Part shown: in pieces, positions 38,504 through 47,561 of the stretch
Layout of the letters: each line of letters begins with the position of its first letter
Position numbering within the stretch: the stretch's first letter is position 1
NCBI GenBank assembly: GCA_964644565.1
Contig: CAZXWO010000002.1
Location: 35,244 to 99,243 of the forward strand
From: an uncultured Thermoplasmata archaeon
GTDB taxonomy: Archaea; Thermoplasmatota; Thermoplasmata; UBA10834
DNA length: 64,000 nt
Direction of reading: 5' to 3'
The notes under the pieces: generated by a model
Databases searched by the model: none
Seen by the model: only the letters and a program-made list of their open reading frames with translations
What the model was told of the DNA's origin: nothing
Position numbers and translations under genes: made by a program

Positions 38504-39280
38504 TCAAGGTTTGTGGCGTGCGACGGCCGCGAAAGTCTGTCGCTTCATCCTCTTGTAGGCGTAGTCGGAGAGCCCCCTCAGGTTCTCGCAGTCGGCGGAG
38601 TTGTACTCTATGAGGAGGTCGAGCGCGTTCCTGCTGCCCTGCCTCTCCCACAGCCGCCACAGGTAGACGGCGTCCGCGCCCGTCATCATCTCCAGCCTCC
38701 TGTCCCTGGTCACCCCCAGGTCGCGCTCGATCGCCTTAAGGCCCCCGCGGTGGCCCAGCCTCGCCAGCAGGTGACGCAGGTCCACATGCGGCACGTCGGG
38801 GACCCAGCCCGGGAACTGCGCCCTGAGGACGGGCATGTCGAAGCCCTTCCCGTTGAAGGTGACCAGCAGGTCGGCGGCCGACAGGATGCCTTCCAGGTTC
38901 GGGCCGTTCAGGTCCCTCCCCCTGACGAGCGTGTGCGTCCTCCCGCCGGCGTGGACCCCGACGACCGTCACCGGGGACCTGAGGGATATCCCGGTGGTCT
39001 CTATGTCCAGGTAGACGGTCCTGGGCCTGAAGTCCTCGAGCAGCCTCCACATGTGCCTCTCAGGGAGCTTCGCCCGGAAGTACCTGGAGTCGGAGTCCCT
39101 GAGCCGCTGGCAGCCCTCGAGCAGCTGGGCGTCCATGGCCACCTTCCTGTCGTCGGATATCCTGGGGAGACGGCGCTCCGAGAGGAACTCGGACCACGTT
39201 GTGACGCCCCTCTTCCAGAGCGATGACTCCGTCCCGTGCCCCACCCCGGGGAGGTGGACGAAGGTGTGCTCCAACATCAT
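38504..39280 (-). CDS. RNase H-like fold 3'-5' exonuclease (YprB family)
   Basis: MMLEHTFVHLPGVGHGTESSLWKRGVTTWSEF, YLDIETTG (exonuclease motif I), FNGKGFD (motif II). Confidence 0.65.
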   Translation of the reverse strand: MMLEHTFVHLPGVGHGTESSLWKRGVTTWSEFLSERRLPRISDDRKVAMDAQLLEGCQRLRDSDSRYFRAKLPERHMWRLLEDFRPRTVYLDIETTGISLRSPVTVVGVHAGGRTHTLVRGRDLNGPNLEGILSAADLLVTFNGKGFDMPVLRAQFPGWVPDVPHVDLRHLLARLGHRGGLKAIERDLGVTRDRRLEMMTGADAVYLWRLWERQGSRNALDLLIEYNSADCENLRGLSDYAYKRMKRQTFAAVARHKP

Positions 39281-39372
39281 GCGTGCAATCGCGAGGGGGG
39301 TTCTTCAAGGCGCTGGTGAGGTGGGCAAAAATACTGAAAAGGTTGTTATCTCAAGGGCCCCTATCCATCTCC

Positions 39373-40110
39373 GTGGCGAAGGGATACAGGCTCTCCGACA
39401 GGCTGAGGATACTCCCCGGGGGCGCGGCGTTGGTAACTCCAGAGGACGTGCTGGTCGTGGCCGACCTCCACCTGGGCTGCGAGGCGGCCCTGGAGGAGGA
39501 GGGCCTGAGCATCCCGCGGGTGCAGACGCGAAAGATCCGGGGCTACGTCCGGGACCTGATCGACAGGGTGTCCCCGTCCAAGCTGGTCGTGGCGGGGGAC
39601 CTCAAGCACAACTTCTCAAGGAACCTCATGCAGGAGTGGGAGGACGTGTCCAGGTTCGTGCGTGGTCTGTCCGAGGCAGTCCCGGTCGAGGTCGTCAAGG
39701 GGAACCACGACAACTTCCTCGGCGCCATACTGAGGGAGCTCGGCGTCCCCCTCGCCATGGAGGTCGATGTGGGCGGCGTCAGGGTCGTCCACGGGCACGC
39801 CGGCACGCGTTCAGATGCCCCCACCATCCTGGGCCACGTGCACCCGTCGCTCGGACTGAGGGACGGCGTCGACGCGGTCATGAAGGACAGGTGCTTCCTC
39901 TACGACGAGCGCTCGCAGATGCTCATATTGCCTGCGTTGAGCCTCGTCGCGAGCGGGCTGGATGTGGTCGAGCGCCCCGACTCGGACAGGTCCTCCCCCA
40001 TCCTCCCCCCGGACGGGTTGGCCGACTTCATCCCGCTCTCGTTCGCGGGGGGCAGGCCGCTCCGGTTCCCGTCGGTGGAGGAGCTGAGGTCCCTCCGCCG
40101 GAGGGGGTAG
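39373..40110 (+). CDS. Calcineurin-like metallophosphoesterase (Mre11/SbcD-like fold)
   Basis: VVADLHLG (motif I), GDLKHN, GNHDN, VVHGH motifs. GTG start at 39373 chosen; the track ORF has a 50-aa Arg-rich extension overlapping the divergent exonuclease gene. Confidence 0.7.
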   Translation: MAKGYRLSDRLRILPGGAALVTPEDVLVVADLHLGCEAALEEEGLSIPRVQTRKIRGYVRDLIDRVSPSKLVVAGDLKHNFSRNLMQEWEDVSRFVRGLSEAVPVEVVKGNHDNFLGAILRELGVPLAMEVDVGGVRVVHGHAGTRSDAPTILGHVHPSLGLRDGVDAVMKDRCFLYDERSQMLILPALSLVASGLDVVERPDSDRSSPILPPDGLADFIPLSFAGGRPLRFPSVEELRSLRRRG

Positions 40111-40196
40111 GGTACCCCGTCTTCGTACGACCGCCGTAGGCCTAGGTAGAAAACATTATCTCCGTTCATTCGATTCACGGGTCGGAGGGTCTCATA

Positions 40197-40451
40197 ATGG
40201 CTGATGAGAAGAAACTATCAGCGGCTGAAGTGAGGAATACCATAGCGGCATCCCTGGCAGCGGCCTTCGGGTTCGTGATCGCCCTGCTGTGGAACCAAGT
40301 GGTGACTGGTGGCCTGAAGGTGGCAGGCATAGACACGACATTCGTGGACATCCAACTCGGAGGTTGGCTGATATACATGGGTGTCGCTGTCGTGCTGACC
40401 ATCGTGATGGTCATCCTGATCATCCTCATCGGTCGCTGGGGAAGCAAGTAG
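40197..40451 (+). CDS. Small conserved membrane protein (84 aa, two TM)
   Basis: ATG preceded by ggtctcataatgg; two hydrophobic helices. Confidence 0.5.
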   Translation: MADEKKLSAAEVRNTIAASLAAAFGFVIALLWNQVVTGGLKVAGIDTTFVDIQLGGWLIYMGVAVVLTIVMVILIILIGRWGSK

Positions 40452-40604
40452 GCGCCGCCGGACATAGACGGTTCAAACCCCTTTGGATTTACTATTCAGG
40501 TGCCGGCGTGCTGGCTGCGGGCTCCATGCGCCCCGGGGCCCGGAAAAGACTTATGTAGGCGCATTCTCATCCGAACGTGCCAGGTGCTTGTCTTGAGCAG
40601 GGAG

Positions 40605-41813
40605 ATGTACGTCAGCGACGCCGACGTCGAGATGTCGAAGGACGTGGAGAGCCTCAGGATCGACAGGCACATGGTCTCCGACCTGTCCTCGCTGGTCCCC
40701 GGGCGTAGACGGAAGATGCTGGACCGGATCGAGGAGCACGGGAGGAAGAACCCTCTGGCGATAGTGCCCGTACTACTCAAGCACTACAACATCGACAACC
40801 CGAAGGTCAGGGACCAGGTCCGCGCCAGCATAGGCCGCCTGACCCAGTCGGAGTCCGGCGAGCTCGCCCTGGTGGAGTGCGTCTTCAGCAAGGACAAGAA
40901 GATCTCCGACGCGGCGGCGCGCATACTCGAGGAACGGAACTTCAACAGCCTCAACCTTCTCAACACGTTCAGGTCCGTCAAGGACCTGGTGGCCCAGGCC
41001 CGGAAGGCGGCGGTCTTCTGCCAGGACGTCGAGGAGCTCGTGGTCGACTCCATAGGGGCGTACAGGGAGGGCAGGTTCGACCAGGCCATGACGAACATGA
41101 TGATGGCCAAGGACCTGCTCGAGGACCGGCTGGAGTGGCACAGCCACCTGCGGGGGTACATCAAGGACGTCCTGAAGCTCACCCCGGCCCTCAGCAGGAG
41201 CGGGGTGCAGGTCGACTCGATACAGGACTCCATACGGAACCTCTCGACCGCGGTGCAGACTCGCGAGTACTCGGACGCGAGGTCCCTCCTGGACCTCAGG
41301 CGCCAGGAGACGAAACTCTGGAAGCAGCTGTGGAGCCTCGAGGAGTTCATCACGAAGCGGATCAAGGTCAAGCCCATAACGGAACTGCTGGTCCTCAAGG
41401 AGCCGGACAAAACGCTCCTGGAGTCGTTCCTCGCGACCGCGGAGAAGGTGGATGACCAGATCCAGGACGGAAAGGCCGTGGAGGCCCTCAGGCTGGTGGA
41501 GGAGTTCATCGCGAACGACGTCTCGGGGGGCTACCTGTCGACGGAGGGCAGGCGCCTGGACTCGAAGGACGAGGCGTCGTGGTTCGTGATGTGGTCCACC
41601 GGGCTCGGCCTCCTGAAGATGGTCGCGCCGGTGGTGCCCAACGTGGCGGAGGAGTTCTACCAGCAGTACTTCAGGGACCGCGAGGGCTCCCCCAGCATCC
41701 ATACGGTGGACTGGCCGGAGCCGTTCTCCAAGCTGGACAAGGTGAAGGGCGCCGTCGAACAGAAGGAGAAGGCGCAGCCGAAGAGGAAGGGCGCGCCCAA
41801 GGGCTCCAAGTAG
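40605..41813 (+). CDS. Hypothetical alpha-helical protein with C-terminal class I aminoacyl-tRNA-synthetase-like anticodon-binding segment
   Basis: C-terminus MVAPVVPNVAEEFYQQYF resembles the LxPxxPxxAEE(L/F)W helix of Leu/Ile/Val-tRNA synthetase anticodon-binding domains; N-terminus is HEAT/coiled-coil-like; Lys-rich tail. RBS-like gcagggaga before the ATG at 40605. Confidence 0.5.
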   Translation: MYVSDADVEMSKDVESLRIDRHMVSDLSSLVPGRRRKMLDRIEEHGRKNPLAIVPVLLKHYNIDNPKVRDQVRASIGRLTQSESGELALVECVFSKDKKISDAAARILEERNFNSLNLLNTFRSVKDLVAQARKAAVFCQDVEELVVDSIGAYREGRFDQAMTNMMMAKDLLEDRLEWHSHLRGYIKDVLKLTPALSRSGVQVDSIQDSIRNLSTAVQTREYSDARSLLDLRRQETKLWKQLWSLEEFITKRIKVKPITELLVLKEPDKTLLESFLATAEKVDDQIQDGKAVEALRLVEEFIANDVSGGYLSTEGRRLDSKDEASWFVMWSTGLGLLKMVAPVVPNVAEEFYQQYFRDREGSPSIHTVDWPEPFSKLDKVKGAVEQKEKAQPKRKGAPKGSK

Positions 41814-41818
41814 GCGCC

Positions 41819-42637
41819 TCAGAGCCTGGAGACCGCCAGGTGCCTGCCGCACCCCTTCTTGTCCCAGTGGACGAGGGTGCGCATCCCGTCGACGCCGACC
41901 TTGATGCAGTCGGCCATGTTCTGCTCGGCGTCGATCACCTTCTCGGTGGGGTGCCACGGGACCACGTCCGAGACGGTGCAGATGGCGCCCGTCCGAAGGC
42001 CCATCAGTGCGCCCAGGGTGAAGATCGTCCCGTTCTCCATCTCTATGTTCTTGACGCCCATCGCCTTCACGTCGGCCAGTCTGCCCGCCATGAACGATGG
42101 CATGTACCCGGACTGCGACATCGGGGCCACCCCTCCGTCCTTCACCACCTTGTTCTCGCTGTAGAACCCGTCCACGGAGAAGCAGATGCCGACGTCGAAC
42201 CTCGAGCCAGCCCTCGTCGCACTGTCGACCAGTGCCATGGTGACCTCGTGGTGGGCGACCGCAGGGAACTCGGGCCAGGTGTAGCTCCTGCTGGTGCCGT
42301 CGGCACGTATGGCCCCGGTCGCGATCACGAAGTCCCCCTTCTCGAGGCCATCGGCGATCCCGCCGCTGGTGCCGATCCTGATGAACGTGTGGGCGCCGAG
42401 GTTGGCGAGCTCCTCCATGAGGACCGCCGCGGAGGGGCCGCCGATGCCGGTGGAGGCCACCGTGACCCCCGTCCCGTCCAGGACGCCCCTGTACACTGTG
42501 TACTCCCTCGCCTGCCTGACCTTCTCCGGGTCCCCCAGCGCCGAGGCTATCCTGGGTACCCGCTCCGGCTCGCCGCACAGGAGGGTGTATCCAGACACCT
42601 CTCCGTCCTCGAGCCCTGTGATCAGTTGCTTCGACAT
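41819..42637 (-). CDS. Purine/uridine nucleoside phosphorylase (PNP_UDP_1 family)
   Basis: GVTVASTGIGGPSAAV..., IRIGTSGG, MENG motifs of the PNP/UDP phosphorylase family. Confidence 0.8.
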   Translation of the reverse strand: MSKQLITGLEDGEVSGYTLLCGEPERVPRIASALGDPEKVRQAREYTVYRGVLDGTGVTVASTGIGGPSAAVLMEELANLGAHTFIRIGTSGGIADGLEKGDFVIATGAIRADGTSRSYTWPEFPAVAHHEVTMALVDSATRAGSRFDVGICFSVDGFYSENKVVKDGGVAPMSQSGYMPSFMAGRLADVKAMGVKNIEMENGTIFTLGALMGLRTGAICTVSDVVPWHPTEKVIDAEQNMADCIKVGVDGMRTLVHWDKKGCGRHLAVSRL

Positions 42638-42698
42638 CCTGACCGCCGATCCGTTCCCTCTGGTAACTGATTAATCAGTACATAAGCTGAATGCCGCC

Positions 42699-43700
42699 TC
42701 AGAGTACGGAGAGGAGCACGAGCGACAGCACCATTCCGAAGTAGGTGCTCATCAGGACGACCCCGCCCAACTGGGTTATCCTCATGCCCCTGGTCATGAA
42801 GACCAGGACCAAGACCGTCGACAGGTTCAGGACGATTATGAGGGGCAGGACGTTCGATATGTCGAAGTCCATAGGCTTCATTATCCCCATGAGCCCGAGC
42901 GTGAGCAGGACCGTCACTATGTTCGCACCGATGCCCTCACCGAGCGCCAGGTCGCCGAACCCCCTCCTCGCCGCGTGGTAGGACGCCGCGATGTCCGGGA
43001 GGGTGGTCCCCAGCGCGGCGATGGTGATGCCGACCAGCCAGGGGTCGAGGTCGAAGTCGCTGGTCATCCTCATTATGCTCCGGACCACGAACTCCGCTCC
43101 CATCACCGTCCACATGACGCCGAAGATGAGCCAGTGGGGCCCTGCACGGATCTCGACCTTCTTCCCGAAGAGGTTGCCCATCAGCTGGAGCTGGATCATG
43201 ACCTCCTCCATCGTCTCCTCGACCTCCTTCTTGTTCGAGGAGCGCTCCACCAGCAGCAGGTTCATCGTGTAGGGGACGAAGAGTATCATCAGCGCCACGC
43301 CCTCGAGGAATGCCAGATGCCCGTCGAGGAGCAGCACGGACGCGACGATGGTCACGGTCATCAGGAACACCGCGTCCCGCATGATCATCTCCCTGGTGAC
43401 CTTGAGTGGAACGATTATCGCGGTGAGGCCGATGACGAACGCGATGGTGACGACGTTCGATGCGAGGCCGTTCCCCAGGGCTATCTGGTCCGCTCCCTCC
43501 CTGAGGGCGAGCAGGGAGACCAGGACCTCGGGCATCGCAGCGAGGGTGGACACGACGAGCATGCCGATCACGAACCGGCTGATGCCGAAGTTGCGCGACA
43601 CGGCGACGGCGTTGTCGGTGATGAACTTGGCGCCCTGGTTGAGCACGAGGAAGCCGACGGCGGCTAGTGCAACGTACATCAACGAGTAGGCGTCCGCCAT
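42699..43700 (-). CDS. Ca2+/cation antiporter (CaCA / YrbG-like Na+/Ca2+ exchanger)
   Basis: Ten TM helices with two alpha-repeats (GNGLASNVVTIAF.. and GEGIGANIVTVLL.. GNxxGSN-like motifs). Confidence 0.8.
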   Translation of the reverse strand: MADAYSLMYVALAAVGFLVLNQGAKFITDNAVAVSRNFGISRFVIGMLVVSTLAAMPEVLVSLLALREGADQIALGNGLASNVVTIAFVIGLTAIIVPLKVTREMIMRDAVFLMTVTIVASVLLLDGHLAFLEGVALMILFVPYTMNLLLVERSSNKKEVEETMEEVMIQLQLMGNLFGKKVEIRAGPHWLIFGVMWTVMGAEFVVRSIMRMTSDFDLDPWLVGITIAALGTTLPDIAASYHAARRGFGDLALGEGIGANIVTVLLTLGLMGIMKPMDFDISNVLPLIIVLNLSTVLVLVFMTRGMRITQLGGVVLMSTYFGMVLSLVLLSVL

Positions 43701-43817
43701 GTCCCATCCCTAGCGTCTGTTGTCGGGGCCTATGCACTCCGGAGATATATGGCTTTTCGAGAGCCCCCTGCCAAATCGAAGAAACCATTATCGCAGGACA
43801 CCGGCTGGGGTTCCGGG

Positions 43818-44261
43818 ATGAAAGGCACCTACGTGCTCGTCATCGAGCTATCGGAGGACGACAGTATCAGAATCGGGGCGCTAGGGGTCCTCGCCTTCCC
43901 GCAAGGGTATTACGCCTACGTGGGCTCCGCGCAGGGCGGCATAGAGCAGCGTGTGTCGAGGCACAAGTCAAAACGCAAGAAGAAGAGATGGCATATCGAC
44001 TATCTGCTGGACAGGGCCGGGGTCGTGTCGACGATCATGATCCCCTGGGGCGGGAAAGAACTGGAATGCAGCGCCGCGCAGGCGCTCATGGACGTGCGCG
44101 GCGTGCGCGGCGTGGCCCACGGGTTCGGGTCCTCGGACTGCCGCTGCTGGAGCCATCTGTTCTACTTCGGCCCGACTGACGAGGCCCAGGGGCCGCTCGA
44201 GGACGCGTTGTCCAAGTTATGCACGCTGGAGTCGGTATATCCGCGCTCCGCAAAGCAGTGA
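43818..44261 (+). CDS. DUF123 / GIY-YIG-like (Uri superfamily) domain protein
   Basis: GTYVLVIEL...YYAYVGSAQGG...RVSRH...KKKRWHIDYLL matches DUF123 (GIY-YIG-related) conserved core. Confidence 0.55.
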   Translation: MKGTYVLVIELSEDDSIRIGALGVLAFPQGYYAYVGSAQGGIEQRVSRHKSKRKKKRWHIDYLLDRAGVVSTIMIPWGGKELECSAAQALMDVRGVRGVAHGFGSSDCRCWSHLFYFGPTDEAQGPLEDALSKLCTLESVYPRSAKQ

Positions 44262-44335
44262 GCGGACAGGACGTCGCCGCTGCCGGTGTGCTCAGGCATA
44301 GGGTTTTATCGGTCGCTGTCGGTTACTCAGATGAA

Positions 44336-45103
44336 ATGGCGGGCATCTCGGAATACGTCTTGGTCATCGGGATCCTGGGTTTCGTCCTACTCCTCGTCTA
44401 CCTGTACGTGGCGTCGATAAGGAAGGTCCTGGCGACCCTGGGGTTCACCGAGGGGGAAGCTTCCGCCATACTTGCCGGGACGCTCTTCCTCGGCTGGCTC
44501 ACGATACCGATCTTCCCGTACGGCGGATGGTGGGTCGGGCTCAGCGTCGGGGGCGCAATCATCCCAATCGCGATATGCGTGAACTTCCTCCTGAGGCGCC
44601 GCGTGGGCGTGGGCGAGGCGTTCATAGGCATCACGATTGTCGCCTACATAACGTACACGGTCACCAGGGCGGAGGAGGGTGTGGGCATCGTCGCGGACGT
44701 CCCGCTCGCCTTCGCGCCTGCCATCGCCGCGGGGCTCTTCGCGCTCTCGGTCGTCTGGATGGACGTGAGGAACGCGGCCCGTTTGGCATATGTCTCCGGG
44801 GTCTTGGGGACGCTCATAGGAGCCGACGTGTTCAGGCTGTGGGAGATGCTGTCGTTCGAGGCCCCAGAGGGAGAGTTCTCGGTGCTGAGCATCGGCGGTG
44901 CGAACATATTCGACATGGTCTACCTGACGGGCGTGATAGCCGTGGGCCTTGCCGTGTTGGTCCTGTGGGTGAAGACGAAGCGCGACAGAATCGGCTTCGG
45001 CACGGTGATCTCCGAGTTCGAGCGCGGGGCCGCCGAGGCACCGCGCGCGAGGGAGTACCAGGCCGCCCGGAAGATCGCCGTCAGGAAGGGGCGCCTGGAG
45101 TGA
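44336..45103 (+). CDS. DUF1614-family integral membrane protein
   Basis: Multiple TM helices; GGWWVGLSVGGAIIPIAI.. and GADVFRLWEM segments reminiscent of DUF1614. Confidence 0.5.
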   Translation: MAGISEYVLVIGILGFVLLLVYLYVASIRKVLATLGFTEGEASAILAGTLFLGWLTIPIFPYGGWWVGLSVGGAIIPIAICVNFLLRRRVGVGEAFIGITIVAYITYTVTRAEEGVGIVADVPLAFAPAIAAGLFALSVVWMDVRNAARLAYVSGVLGTLIGADVFRLWEMLSFEAPEGEFSVLSIGGANIFDMVYLTGVIAVGLAVLVLWVKTKRDRIGFGTVISEFERGAAEAPRAREYQAARKIAVRKGRLE

Positions 45104-45113
45104 GCCGAGGGGT

Positions 45114-46271
45114 TCACTTCCCGCCCCCGGTCCGCAGACCGGTGAGGGCCAGCACCGACGCGGCCCCGAGTGCGCCCATGACGAGGAACGAGTACGAAGG
45201 GTCCTGGAATGCGTCCGAGAGGACCCCGCACCCTGCGACGACGACTGCGCCGCCACCGAGCTGGAACCCGAAAAGCATTCCGAAGGTCGTGCCCCGCTCC
45301 TCAGGTTCGGTGAAGAGTGTCGCCAGCCCGAACAGGGCCGGGTACGTGAGGAAGAAGATGGCCCCGAAGACCACGAGGGTCGGGACTATCAGGTACCATG
45401 CGGACACGAATGCCAGGACGAAGGCGGATATGCACGCCGCGCTGTAACCGTATCTCAGCACCTTCATGCGGCCGAAACGTTCGCTCACGCGGCCGAAGAA
45501 GTAGGACGTGATCATGCCGACGCCTATCCACACCGCGAAGACCAGGTCCGCATTCCCCGTGCTCCATCCATGCATCTGCGTCAGGTTGATCGGACCGTAG
45601 TATGTCGTGACCTGGTAGAACGCCCCGCCGACGGCGACCGGGAAGGCTAACCCCGCGATCTTCCTGAAGGTCGAGGACGCGGGGATCGCTCCGGCGCCGG
45701 TCGCCCGGGGCCGCGGCGGCTCGTGCCCCCTTGTGAGCGCTACGCCCAGCACTATTGCCATGAGGTTCAGGAACGCCCATATGACGCACGGGGTCTTCCA
45801 TCCGAAGTACTCGCCGAGGAACCCAGACGACCCGAGCGCGATGATCACCCCGAGGTTCCCGACACCGCTCTGGATCCCGAGGGACGTGTCGAGGTACGGG
45901 CCCTGGTACTCCCTCGTGATCCACGACACTCCTATCGGGTGGTAGAAGCTCGCCCCGACCCGCATCGCGATGACGACGATGAAGAGGCCGGTGAAGTCGG
46001 AGACGAGGGGGATGAGGACGAACGATAGGGCCATCAGCCCCGCGCCAACCTCCAGCAGGTATCTGGAGAAGTGCTTGTCAGAGGCCTTCCCTACGAAGTA
46101 CTGGACGACCACCGTGATGATGAGGCCCAGCCCGAGGACACCCACTTCCGAGTAGGACAGGTCCATCTCCCTGATGAGTATCGGCAGCACGGCGACGAGG
46201 ACCATCAAAGTGCCGTCGTTGCACGCGTGATGGTAGCTGATCACCCAGAGCAACCGTCTGTCCCGAGCCAT
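45114..46271 (-). CDS. MFS transporter
   Basis: 12 predicted TM helices, MFS-like loop 2-3 motif (GKASDKHFSR). Confidence 0.75.
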   Translation of the reverse strand: MARDRRLLWVISYHHACNDGTLMVLVAVLPILIREMDLSYSEVGVLGLGLIITVVVQYFVGKASDKHFSRYLLEVGAGLMALSFVLIPLVSDFTGLFIVVIAMRVGASFYHPIGVSWITREYQGPYLDTSLGIQSGVGNLGVIIALGSSGFLGEYFGWKTPCVIWAFLNLMAIVLGVALTRGHEPPRPRATGAGAIPASSTFRKIAGLAFPVAVGGAFYQVTTYYGPINLTQMHGWSTGNADLVFAVWIGVGMITSYFFGRVSERFGRMKVLRYGYSAACISAFVLAFVSAWYLIVPTLVVFGAIFFLTYPALFGLATLFTEPEERGTTFGMLFGFQLGGGAVVVAGCGVLSDAFQDPSYSFLVMGALGAASVLALTGLRTGGGK

Positions 46272-46950
46272 GCAGATACAGTGGGGGACAACGATGGAGC
46301 CCCTTAATTCGTTTTGGAGTGGTTGTGGTGGACGAGGCGGAGGTCGAGAAACAGAGAACCAAAGATGGAAGAAGTTTGATGAGACTTGAGCGGAGGTAGG
46401 ACTCCGTCCAAGGTCTCATACGGATAGAATCAACGCGATCTGTCGGCTCGTATCTCCTTGCCTCTGCAGCATTCCTTGGCCTTTTTGGACTTGCTGGCCT
46501 TCTTCGTGGCAGGCATGGGACGACCTCCAGATGTAGATTCAGATCCTGAAGAATTACTTCTTCTTCTTGGGCTTGGCCTTGGCCTTCTTCTTCACTGCCT
46601 TCTTCTTTGTCTTCTTTCCGCACTTTCCACAGGACATATGCGTTTTCCTCCTATCTCATCAGTTGGGTATCTGGCTTTGCGTTCGGTTCTGATGCATCTT
46701 CCCCAACCTGGAACCCGACTACGTCGGATTCTTCTCACTTTCCAAGACGCATCTCTGATTATGTAAGTGCGTTTGTATATTATTTGCCTTTGCTTCATTT
46801 TCCGCTTTCTGATAATTTCGACGCGCGTTCTCAGAGTTCACCTGCGATTCGCGTGCCCGACTTGTCCGGAACGGACAGATGGATGGGCAGAATGCGTCGT
46901 GCAAACGTTTTTTAGACCTCTATGCGATACATCACGAGTCGAAAGGAGTT

Positions 46951-47502
46951 GTGTGGCCATTGGTCGAAAGCGGCGAGGTAAAGAAACTCAAGATATGTCT
47001 TGTCGGTGATGTGGGTGTCGGCAAGACGAGCCTCATCCGGAGATTCGTGATGGACGTCTTCGATGACAAGTACATCGCGACGATCGGCACCAAGGTCACG
47101 AAGAAAGAGATCGACTACACGGACCCGAAGACGGGGGAGAAGCTCAGGATCATGCTCCTGGTCTGGGACATAATGGGGCAGCCGAGCTTCAGGGAAGTGC
47201 TGCGCGAGGCGTACTTCTACGGAGCCGAAGGTGCGCTGGCCGTGTGCGACGTCACGAGCAAGGAGAGCCTCGGCGAACTGCGGTACTGGGTCAAGGCGAT
47301 GACGTCTACCACGGGCGAAGTCCCGATAGTGTTCCTGGGGAACAAGTGCGACCTGAAGGACGACATGCGCGTGACGGTGCCGGACCTCGAGGTCTTCTCG
47401 ATGAAGCAGGGCGCCCCTGCGATGCTCACCTCCGCCAAGACCGGCTACAACGTCGAGAACGCGTTCTCCACACTGGTCGACTTGATCCTCCGCCCGAAGT
47501 GA
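46951..47502 (+). CDS. Ras/Rab-like small GTPase
   Basis: G1 GDVGVGKTS, switch I T (IATIGTKV), G3 WDIMGQ, G4 GNKCDL, G5 SAKTG. Start uncertain (GTG 46951 or ATG 46879). Confidence 0.75.
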   Translation: MWPLVESGEVKKLKICLVGDVGVGKTSLIRRFVMDVFDDKYIATIGTKVTKKEIDYTDPKTGEKLRIMLLVWDIMGQPSFREVLREAYFYGAEGALAVCDVTSKESLGELRYWVKAMTSTTGEVPIVFLGNKCDLKDDMRVTVPDLEVFSMKQGAPAMLTSAKTGYNVENAFSTLVDLILRPK

Positions 47503-47561
47503 GGCCGCGGTGTTTCTCAGTCAAATCTAATAGCCATGATGCCTTCTCGCGTATGGGGTAG

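Noticed and set aside
40455-40500. tRNA-like T-loop motif GGTTCAAACCCC
   Set aside because: No acceptor/D/anticodon arms can be formed from flanking sequence, and it overlaps the end of a membrane protein ORF. Likely coincidental.
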